A DNA stretch of 64,000 bases from Octopus vulgaris (Eukaryota), in NCBI GenBank assembly GCA_951406725.2, contig OX597840.1, positions 32,922,001 to 32,986,000 of the forward strand, read 5' to 3'. Of the stretch, positions 27,646 through 38,600 are shown piece by piece. A program made the translations under genes and the position numbers. The notes under the pieces were generated by a model. That model searched no databases. It had not been told where the DNA came from and was given only the letters and a program-made list of their open reading frames with translations. Within the stretch, counting starts at the first letter, position 1; every line of letters starts with the position of its first letter.

Positions 27646-27648
<3 letters not shown>
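27009..27648 (+). mobile_element. Two 3'-end fragments of a retroposon with an S1/Tx1-like tail, embedded in microsatellites
   Basis: ACGATCCCTTTTGAT...GCTCTACTTTGTAATCTGTCCCGTCTGTGT.CAGCCCT.TGTGGCTAATAAAGA at ~27009-27115 and ~27535-27646. Confidence 0.6.
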
Positions 27649-27693
<45 letters not shown>

Positions 27694-27892
27694 ATTCGCT
27701 AGCCTCTGCACGCATTTTTTTTCTCTCCTTGTTTCTTTCTGTGTTTCTTTTCTGTGTATCTTTCTGTTGAAGAGCGTAGGCTCGAAACGTAAAAGACTTT
27801 GTTTTATTTATATTCCTGAGCGCCATACTAATACATCATTTGTTTGTACTCCACCTGCCTTCGACTTTTGTTTATTTTCATCAAGCTTCCCG

Positions 27893-27932
<40 letters not shown>

Positions 27933-27934
<2 letters not shown>

Positions 27935-28570
27935 TAGCAGTATCGCCCGGCGTTGCTCGGGTTTGTAAGGGAAATAACTATATAAGCATTTTTAGAGAGT
28001 TATAGCCAAAAAATAGCAAAAAATGCATTAAAAATGGAAAAAATATGATGGTAAATTTTTTGAAAAATCGTTGACTCATCGTAGACATTTTTAGAGAGTT
28101 ACTTCCCTTATATAATAGCGAAAAAATGCATTAAAATGGAAAAAAAACGATGGTAGATTTTTTTAAAAATCGTAGACTCATGTAGACGCTTTCTTAGCCA
28201 TTTCTGTTTTGGTGTCTTCAAGCCATGAAGTCGTTGTTCTAAAAGAACGCTGGTCTCCTTGACAACGCATTACGACGTTGATTTCCTTACACTCCCTTCC
28301 CCACGAGGTGCAGGTGTGAGCGTGGACGCCAACTCCGCCGCCATCGACACACGAAAAATTATGCATAAAATGGAATAAAAAATGATGTTAAATTATTTTT
28401 AAAATCGTAGACTCATCGTAGACGCGCGCTAATACTCAGACGGGCTCGATATGAATCACGACTATAAGCTACCCGAATTTGGTTAAACTGCACCGCAAAA
28501 TGTGGGAGTAGTTAGGAATCTAAATCGAAGGGGACAGACACTCACACAACTACAGTTTTATATATATAGA
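27933..28570 (+). mobile_element. Helitron/Helentron-like non-autonomous element
   Basis: Starts ACTAGCAGTATCGCCCGGCGTTGCTCGGG (5' hairpin) within (TA)n; ends GACAGACAC...TTTTATATATATAG; internal degenerate tandem repeats. Confidence 0.55.
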
Positions 28571-28599
28571 TATACATAGCGCAGTAGTGGTGAGATGTG

Positions 28600-28850
28600 A
28601 CAGCAAAGAAAAGCATACATTCACTCTCTGCATGCAATTAGACTCGGAAAGTTCGTGAGGAACCCATTGACCCAATTTGCTGACTTTTCCGATAACACAC
28701 AGGTCTCAATGAATGGTTGAATGACCAAATCCAAGCTTCTCTGCTAGTTCCTCAACAGTTACGATGAGATTTTGTTCCACCAGGGTTTTCAGGATGTCCT
28801 TGTCGAGTTCTACAGATCTTTCAGGATGAGGCTCGTCTTCTAGGCTGTTC
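28600..28850 (-). pseudogene. Mariner transposase remnant
   Basis: Minus strand reads KLGQWVPHELSE, containing the diagnostic WVPHEL motif. Confidence 0.75.
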
Positions 28851-29051
28851 CAATATAGCTTTGAAAAAAATAGCTGTTAAAATCGAAATGCACTCTTCAA
28901 AACTTGCACTATGAATAAGGACAAGATAAAATTACTACCTGCTTTTATAGCAAGTTAATATAAGTAGTTTATCCCATTCCCCTCTGACTTTGTGTTCAAG
29001 CTGTTGAAAAAACCGCATTATTATATATATATACATACATACATACATACA

Positions 29052-29083
<32 letters not shown>

Positions 29084-29225
29084 CACACACACTCTCTCTC
29101 TCTCACACACATGCACACATTTATATTCTGTTATTCTTTTATATGTTTCAGCCTTGAGGTTGTGGCCATGCTGGATCATGTGTGTGTGTGTGTGTGTGTC
29201 TATCTGTCTGTCTGTCTGTATGTAT

Positions 29226-29325
29226 NNNNNNNNNNNNNNNNNNNNNNNNNNNNNNNNNNNNNNNNNNNNNNNNNNNNNNNNNNNNNNNNNNNNNNNNNNN
29301 NNNNNNNNNNNNNNNNNNNNNNNNN
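29226..29325. other. Assembly gap (100 N)
   Basis: Exactly 100 N, typical of a placeholder scaffold join. Confidence 0.99.
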
Positions 29326-30077
29326 AGTCTGGGCCTCTGCTTGTATAGCCATTGTTATGATCTGGCCCTGCCAAAATCCCTCCTCCTCCACTGTAGCTTG
29401 GAGGATGTTGATTTTTTCTTTCAGGCCCAGCATCACTGCCGCCACCAGGCATGAGGCGTCTGCCTCTGGGGGAATATTTCTCATTACTATCTTTGAAGTC
29501 CTTCTTCCTTTGTACAAGGGTAGAAGGACTAGATTTCCCGCTTTCTGAGGTTCTGTGGATAGCTTCTTAGCTATTTCTTCGGTTCTGAACCTCACTTCTA
29601 CTGTTCCGAACCGTCTTCCTCTATTGATGTAAGTGATATCTTTTCTGATTGTCTTCAGGCACTCCTCTATTTTGCATTCTTCCACTTTTTGTATGCTTTT
29701 TGTAGTCGTGCTGTATGTCTTGTATATAATTCTTTTCTTTTCTATCTCTTCCTTTTTTTCCATATCTTTTTTCACTGCAATTTCATTTCCTTCTTTCTTT
29801 AGAAGGTCTTCATATTTCTCTAGGTTTTCTATATCTATATCTTTCTGTTTGCGTCCAACAACTTCCGCAAACTTCTTTGTTGGGGCCTTTTGTTCTGGCG
29901 TTACCGCCGATTCTTTTTCCGGTGTCACCGCCGGCGTGCTTCTCTCACCCGAGGTTTGAGATTCTTCATCACCTGAGATGGGTGAATAGGTAATGGGGAA
30001 ATCCATTTCGAATTTTCCTTCCAGTTTGCATTCACTGCCTTCCAAAGACATTCTGGCTTTGCAGCCGTTAGTAGAAA

Positions 30078-30112
<35 letters not shown>

Positions 30113-30358
30113 AATGTGTTTCGTACACGAAGGCACACAATAATTCCCCCACGGGGGGAACTACGTACACAACCTTCGCGCGAAGGCCACTAACCGTCTT
30201 ATTGAAAAGACACAAAATAACAATATTAACACAGCAACAATAAACTACTAACTTTCAACAACACTATTTCAGACAAAAAACTCACGTTTCGTTTTTGAGA
30301 ATCAATGAATAAGTCAAAGTAACGTCCTGTCGGGTTCACGACTGCATAATGTTGGGTG
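29326..30358 (-). mobile_element. Partial unit 0 (5' region and N-terminal ORF1, cut by the gap)
   Basis: ORF1 ATG at 30051; poly(A) 30081-30111. Confidence 0.9.
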
Positions 30359-33300
30359 TTTTATTATTACCCACAAGGGGCCAACAAAGAGGGGACAATA
30401 CAACCTGATGTGGGGTCAGATTCACGTATGAGGTTACAAAAGTATGAGTTTAAAAATTTCAAAATTTACAAAAATTGCAAAAATTATAAAAATCGAATGA
30501 GAAAAACAGACCGGAAGACACTACAGGTGGAGTGGGGGCGGGTTCAGCTCGGACCCCACGAGCCCCGCCTCACCACTGATACTTTTGGTTTCGTTTTGAT
30601 CTACATTTATGTGGTGTCATTCATTCTCAACTTCCGTGCTACATCCTTCCATCGTTCTTCATACACTCTTTTAGTCAGGCATTTTCTCTCCAGCCCTATC
30701 TTCCTTTTCAGGTGGTAGATGAAGTAATTCATCAACCCAGGGCCGGATATGAACTTGCCTGACCGTATACCTTTCATTCTCGTCTTCCATATCACCTCCT
30801 TCGCAATTGCTACCACAACGAGAAAACAAGTCTTACCTTCTTTCGCGAGGAAATCTGGTGGGTCAATTTTTTAATACACTCAGTCGACAGCTGTACTCTT
30901 CGTGTGCTTGACAACAGCTGTTCGGCATAAACCCACACCTCAGACACGTCCGAACAATGAACAATAGCGTGCGGGACGGTTTCCCTATCCCGCCCGCATC
31001 TTGGACACATCGGACTGTCTTGGCCACCGTGCCTTGCGAGTTTATCCCGAACAGGTAGAGCTCCTCTGTAGCATTGCCATGCCAGAGACTTCTGGAAGTT
31101 GTCCAGAGTCTTCGGCTCGAACGTACGTCGGAACAGACTAGCCAGCTGATTATCGTCGAGACCCAGGGTTTCCCCCAAGGTGTCTTCACATTCCGCCTCT
31201 ACCAACCCTCTATAGAAGAATGTGGTGGAACCCCCACCGCAGGCGTTGCCCGAGCGACGGAATAGCAGGAGGGCCTTTCGACACTCCGTATACCATGTAC
31301 CGAGTTTCGATCTACGATTCAACCAGGTTTCCCATCCACCGAAACTAGTGAACTTGGGAAACATCAGTTTTGCTAACGGAGACCACACCCGTTCACCATC
31401 CAGGTAGAGCCACAGATGTCTTAACCTCAGCGCATGTCTGCGCATCATCAGCCAAGGCATCCCTAGCCCACCCTTTAACGGTTGTTGACAGCAAGTAGAG
31501 CGTTTCACAAGTGGTTTCCCGCCCTTCCACAGGAAGTAGAAGAGCTGTCTTTCCAACTTGGTCAACCACGAATCAGGGCATGGAACGACGGAAAGGCGGT
31601 AGATGATAACCGATGCGATAAACACATTGGCCACCTCCGCCCTCCCTTTCAAGGATAGCCACCGCCTAGACCAGGTCTTGGCTACTGCAGCCACCTTGCT
31701 CGTTACCTCGCCCCAATTCTTCTCTATTTGGAGGTCTGGACCGAACCAGACCCCTAGCAGTTTAATCGGACCCTCCGTCCAACGTCCCACGACGCTGTCA
31801 GGAGGCATCGACTTGCCTCTCCAGGTGCCGAGTTGCAAGCCGACTGACTTTTCGCGATTAACTTTTGCTCCTGTCACCGTCTCGTAATCCTCTATGGCCT
31901 TGCCTACTTTACATAGGTGGTCCATTTCGGTCACGATGATGGTGATGTCGTCCGCGTACGCTGACACTGATTTTCCATTACCTGGCTGTCTCGGGATGCC
32001 GCTCAGTTTTCGCAGTAATGGCTCAAGAGCCATCACGTACAAAAGCGGGGAGAGCGGACACCCTTGACGAACCGAGCGTTTGATTTTGAACGGCTTCGAC
32101 AAGAAGCCGTTCACCCGAACTACCGAGTCGATGTTGTCGTAAATTTGGATAATCCACCTGAGGAAGCCAAGGCCCAGCCCGAACTGTGCCAGAGCAGACA
32201 CCAGGTAACGATGGTCGACCCTATCAAAAGCTTTGGATTGGTCTAAATGGACCAGTGCCCCACCCTTGCCAGAATCACTATTAAACCCCTCTATAGTGTA
32301 CCGCATTAGATGGAGATTATCCTGAATGGTTCTGCCCGGAACGGCACATGTCTGTGCCTCCCCGATCAGACCATCCGCGACACGCGCCAATCTTTTCGAT
32401 AACACTTTGGCCAAAATCTTCAACTCTGTGTTTAGCAGAGTGATGGGCCTGAAATTATCAATGCACTCCCCCTTGCTCGGGTCCTTTCTGACGAGAGTCA
32501 CCACTCCCCGGCGCACAGATCTGGGTATCAACCCGTTCTGCTGCCAGTTCGCATAGACTTCCGCCAGTAGGTGCCCGAACAAGTCTGGCATATTCTTATA
32601 TAACTCGTAGGGTAGACCATCCAAACCCGGCGCCTTGCCCGCGCCGCAGTCCGCCATTGCCTCCACCACCTCCTCAGGCGTGATTGGCCCTTCACAGCCC
32701 TCCGCATCTCGCCCCGATAAGCGCGGCAGCCCGTCGAGTAGGTCCGTAAAGGCCCTCCTCCTATCCAGTCCGCCGCACTCACCGAAAAGCTGAGCGAAGT
32801 GCTCCTGAAAGGCCTCACACATCTCCTCGGGTTCGTCTATCAACTCACCTTGTTGGTTCTTCAAAGATCGAATCGTGGCATCGTTGCCATTCCGGGCTTC
32901 CACCACTCGGGCCCATCTCACGGCGTTGATTCCTTCACATCCCATATGACGGATTCTAGCCCTGACAATGCAGCCCATGTGTTTGGCCTCGAGGTGCTGG
33001 TTTAACACCAGTCTCTTGGACGCCACCTGAGCCGCAGAGCCAGTTTTCATGGCTTCCTCTAATTCCTTAACTAGAGTAGTTACCCTTCTAGCCTCTCTAG
33101 ACACTACTCCTATGCTATATCTAATAGACTCAAACTTGATGGCTCGTTTGAGGGCGTACCACCATTTGTTATTAATGATGGCACCAGACAGCGCCCTCTG
33201 AATTATGGTCCTAATCCGGTCTCTGTACTCCTTAATCGCCAAAAGGGACGTATTAAGTTTCCAGTAACCGGATCCTCTCTTTCTAACCTTATCTATGTCA

Positions 33301-35362
33301 AGCTTACAGGTGACCATTTTATGATCACTGTAGCTGATCGGGTAAAACTGTGGACGCTTAGCTATTTTACTGTCTACCTTTCTAATTAGAATTCTATCTA
33401 TGTATGACCTGGAAGATCCGTCGCTGTTTGACCATGTCCACAATGGAGCGTTCGGAAATTCCAACCTATAAGGATCTGCTAGCTCAAAGCGGCTTAGCAG
33501 TTCCAGGAAGCATGTTTACCTTTTCTATCATTCGAGCCAACACAATCTACATCCGCTTTGCAAATTGTGTTAAAGTCTCCTAGCACCAACTATTGAATGC
33601 GAAGTACCGAGAAAGTTCTCTAGATCACGATAATAATCACTTTGCCCATTATTACTGCAGGGTGCGTAAATTGCAACCAGTCTGATAACTTTACCGTTAC
33701 TGAACGTCAAATCCATGACGACCAGCCTACCTTCTGGGTCTGAAAAATTAACTTTTTCTCAAAAACCCGGTTTCTTTTTAGTAGGACCAACACCCCACTC
33801 CCGCCTGCAGGACTGCCAGGAGAGAAAAAACTCTCGTAGCCGTCAAACAGTGGGAGTAGATCTCTTGGCCCCTTTAACCGGGTTTCTGTAGCAACAATAA
33901 CATCCAAATTGCGCGACCTGATATCATTAAGGAAGCGACCTTGCTTCCCGCTTGATCCCAGGCCGCGCACATTTAAACAACCAACAGAAATGTAGTTCAT
34001 CACTTACCTTATATCGGTAGTTTGGCTTTTTCGGCGGTTTCGCCTTCTTCTTCATTTTTTTTCTTTGGCTCGTGGGGGAGTCCGACGTAGGCCCTCGTAT
34101 AGATATGGAGACATGTCCAGTCTCAGAGGGCCCACGTCGTGGAAGAACTCGGATTTTATCCTCCTGTAGTCCTTCCGGCCTATTTTATATATGATGAAGT
34201 CTTTCATCTTCCTTACACGTTCCACCTTGGCCATGGCTGCCAACACATTGACAAGTCTGTTGTTAGTAGCCTTAATGGCCATAAATGAAGAAGTAACCTC
34301 TTTCCTTTTCTTTAGGTTTTCTTCTTCTTGAGGGGTGGTTTCAGTTTTCCGTTTTTTTTTGGTAACTTTAGACCACCCCTCCTCTTTTTCGTTTTCTTTT
34401 TCCTTTTCTGCAGCTTTTTCCACCTCTTTGGTTTCCTTTTTTTCCTCCGTTTCTTCTTTCTCCGACGGTTCTTCTGTCTGCGGTTTCGGTTGACACTCCG
34501 CTCTCACGTGCCCCTTCTTTCCGCAGCCGAAGCACCTCGGTTTTCTTCCTTCTACAAATACTAGAACTCGCTCCTCCTCATCTAGCCTCAGCACCTCTGG
34601 TATTTCTTCCAGAGTCTGGGCCTCTGCTTGTATAGCCATTGTTATGATCTGGCCCTGCCAAAATCCCTCCTCCTCCACTGTAGCTTGGAGGATGTTGATT
34701 TTTCTTTCAGGCCCAGCATCACTGCCGCCACCAGGCATGAGGCGTCTGCCTCTGGGGGAATATTTCTCATTACTATCTTTGAAGTCCTTCTTCCTTTGTA
34801 CAAGGGTAGAAGGACTAGATTTCCCGCTTTCTGAGGTTCTGTGGATAGCTTCTTAGCTATTTCTTCGGTTCTGAACCTCACTTCTACTGTTCCGAACCGT
34901 CTTCCTCTATTGATGTAAGTGATATCTTTTCTGATTGTCTTCAGGCACTCCTCTATTTTGCATTCTTCCACTTTTTGTATGCTTTTTGTAGTCGTGCTGT
35001 ATGTCTTGTATATAATTCTTTTCTTTTCTATCTCTTCCTTTTTTTCCATATCTTTTTTCACTGCAATTTCATTTCCTTCTTTCTTTAGAAGGTCTTCATA
35101 TTTCTCTAGGTTTTCTATATCTATATCTTTTGTTTGCGTCCAACAACTTCCGCAAACTTCTTTGTTGGGGCCTTTTGTCCTGGCGTTACCGCCGATTCTT
35201 TTTCCGGTGTCACCGCCGGCGTGCTTCTCTCACCCGAGGTTTGAGATTCTTCATCACCTGAGATGGGTGAATAGGTAATGGGGAAATCCATTTCGAATTT
35301 TCCTTCCAGTTTGTATTCACTGCCTTCCAAAGACATTCTGGCTTTGCAGCCGTTAGTAGAAA

Positions 35363-35394
<32 letters not shown>

Positions 35395-35642
35395 GAATGT
35401 GTTTCGTACACGAAGGCACACAATAATTCCCCCACGGGGGGGAACTACGTACACAACCTTCGCGCGAAGGCCACTAACCGTCTTATTAAAAAGACACAAA
35501 ATAACAATATTAACACAGCAACAATAAACTACTAACTTTCAACAACACTATTTCAGACAAAAAACTCACGTTTCGTTTTTGAGAATCAATGAATAAGTCA
35601 AAGTAACGTCCTGTCGGGTTCACGACTGCATAATGTTGGGTG
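30359..35642 (-). mobile_element. LINE unit A (ORF1 and ORF2 frameshifted as assembled)
   Basis: ORF2 pieces 33707-34003, 30810-33464, 30607-30816; ORF1 pieces ~34052-35336; boundary set at the SINE-like tail. Confidence 0.9.
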
Positions 35643-38600
35643 TTTTATTATTACCCACAAGGGGCCAACAAAGAGGGGACAATACAACCTGATGTGGGGT
35701 CAGATTCACGTATGAGGTTACAAAAGTATGAGTTTAAAAATTTCAAAAATTCACAAAAATTGCAAAAATTATAAAAATCGAATGAGAAAAAACAGACCGG
35801 AAGACACTACAGGTGGAGTGGGGGCGGGTTCAGCTCGGACCCCACGAGCCCCGCCTCACCACTGATACTTTTGGTTTCGTTTTGATCTACATTTATGTGG
35901 TGTCATTCATTCTCAACTTCCGTGCTACATCCTTCCATCGTTCTTCATACACTCTTTTAGTCAGGCATTTTCTCTCCAGCCCTATCTTCCTTTTCAGGTG
36001 GTAGATGAAGTAATTCATCAACCCAGGGCCGGATATGAACTTGCCTGACCGTATACCTTTCATTCTCGTCTTCCATATCACCTCCTTCGCAATTGCTACC
36101 ACAACGAGAAAACAAGTCTTACCTTCTTTCGCGAGGAAATCTGGTGGGTCAATTTTTTTAATACACTCAGTCGACAGCTGTACTCTTCGTGTGCTTGACA
36201 ACAGCTGTTCGGCATAAACCCACACCTCAGACACGTCCGAACAATGAACAATAGCGTGCGGGACGGTTTCCCTATCCCGCCCGCATCTTGGACACATCGG
36301 ACTGTCTTGGCCACCGTGCCTTGCGAGTTTATCCCGAACAGGTAGAGCTCCTCTGTAGCATTGCCATGCCAGAGACTTCTGGAAGTTGTCCAGAGTCTTC
36401 GGCTCGAACGTACGTCGGAACAGACTAGCCAGCTGATTATCGTCGAGACCCAGGGTTTCCCCCAAGGTGTCTTCACATTCCGCCTCTACCAACCCTCTAT
36501 AGAAGAATGTGGTGGAACCCCCACCGCAGGCGTTGCCCGAGCGACGGAATAGCAGGAGGGCCTTTCGACACTCCGTATACCATGTACCGAGTTTCGATCT
36601 ACGATTCAACCAGGTTTCCCATCCACCGAAACTAGTGAACTTGGGAAACATCAGTTTTGCTAACGGAGACCACACCCGTTCACCATCCAGGTAGAGCCAC
36701 AGATGTCTTAACCTCAGCGCATGTCTGCGCATCATCAGCCAAGGCATCCCTAGCCCACCCTTTAACGGTTGTTGACAGCAAGTAGAGCGTTTCACAAGTG
36801 GTTTCCTGCCCTTCCACAGGAAGTAGAAGAGCTGTCTTTCCAACTTGGTCAACCACGAATCAGGGCATGGAACGACGGAAAGGCGGTAGATGATAACCGA
36901 TGCGATAAACACATTGGCCACCTCCGCCCTCCCTTTCAAGGATAGCCACCGCCTAGACCAGGTCTTGGCTACTGCAGCCACCTTGCTCGTTACCTCGCCC
37001 CAATTCTTCTCTATTTGGAGGTCTGGACCGAACCAGACCCCTAGCAGTTTAATCGGACCCTCCGTCCAACGTCCCACGACGCTGTCAGGAGGCATCGACT
37101 TGCCTCTCCAGGTGCCGAGTTGCAAGCCGACTGACTTTTCGCGATTAACTTTTGCTCCTGTCACCGTCTCGTAATCCTCTATGGCCTTGCCTACTTTACA
37201 TAGGTGGTCCATTTCGGTCACGATGATGGTGATGTCGTCCGCGTACGCTGACACTGATTTTCCATTACCTGGCTGTCTCGGGATGCCGCTCAGTTTTCGC
37301 AGTAATGGCTCAAGAGCCATCACGTACAAAAGCGGGGAGAGCGGACACCCTTGACGAACCGAGCGTTTGATTTTGAACGGCTTCGACAAGAAGCCGTTCA
37401 CCCGAACTACCGAGTCGATGTTGTCGTAAATTTGGATAATCCACCTGAGGAAGCCAAGGCCCAGCCCGAACTGTGCCAGAGCAGACACCAGGTAACGATG
37501 GTCGACCCTATCAAAAGCTTTGGATTGGTCTAAATGGACCAGTGCCCCACCCTTGCCAGAATCACTATTAAACCCCTCTATAGTGTACCGCATTAGATGG
37601 AGATTATCCTGAATGGTTCTGCCCGGAACGGCACATGTCTGTGCCTCCCCGATCAGACCATCCGCGACACGCGCCAATCTTTTCGATAACACTTTGGCCA
37701 AAATCTTCAACTCTGTGTTTAGCAGAGTGATGGGCCTGAAATTATCAATGCACTCCCCCTTGCTCGGGTCCTTTCTGACGAGAGTCACCACTCCCCGGCG
37801 CACAGATCTGGGTATCAACCCGTTCTGCTGCCAGTTCGCATAGACTTCCGCCAGTAGGTGCCCGAACAAGTCTGGCATATTCTTATATAACTCGTAGGGT
37901 AGACCATCCAAACCCGGCGCCTTGCCCGCGCCGCAGTCCGCCATTGCCTCCACCACCTCCTCAGGCGTGATTGGCCCTTCACAGCCCTCCGCATCTCGCC
38001 CCGATAGCGCGGCAGCCCGTCGAGTAGGTCCGTAAAGGCCCTCCTCCTATCCAGTCCGCCGCACTCACCGAAAAGCTGAGCGAAGTGCTCCTGAAAGGCC
38101 TCACACATCTCCTCGGGTTCGTCTATCAACTCACCTTGTTGGTTCTTCAAAGATCGAATCGTGGCATCGTTGCCATTCCGGGCTTCCACCACTCGGGCCC
38201 ATCTCACGGCGTTGATTCCTTCACATCCCATATGACGGATTCTAGCCCTGACAATGCAACCCATGTGTTTGGCCTCGAGGTGCTGGTTTAACACCAGTCT
38301 CTTGGACGCCACCTGAGCCGCAGAGCCAGTTTTCATGGCTTCCTCTAATTCCTTAACTAGAGTAGTTTCCCTTCTAGCCTCTCTAGACACTACTCCTATG
38401 CTATATCTAATAGACTCAAACTTGATGGCTCGTTTGAGGGCGTACCACCATTTGTTATTAATGATGGCACCAGACAGCGCCCTCTGAATTATGGTCCTAA
38501 TCCGGTCTCTGTACTCCTTAATCGCCAAAAGGGACGTATTAAGTTTCCAGTAACCGGATCCTCTCTTTCTAACCTTATCTATGTCAAGCTTACAGGTGAC

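Noticed and set aside
29160-29340. Insertion site of the array in the (TG)/(TGTA) microsatellite left of the gap
   Set aside because: The true junction is hidden by the gap, and the array side starts mid-ORF1
30339-30350. CGACTGCATAAT matches U1 snRNA just 5' of its Sm site, 8 nt from the presumed LINE 3' end; possible snRNA target
   Set aside because: Only 12 nt match, the Sm site is broken (AATGTTGG), and no other U1 sequence is present; a Rfam scan of the spacer would settle it
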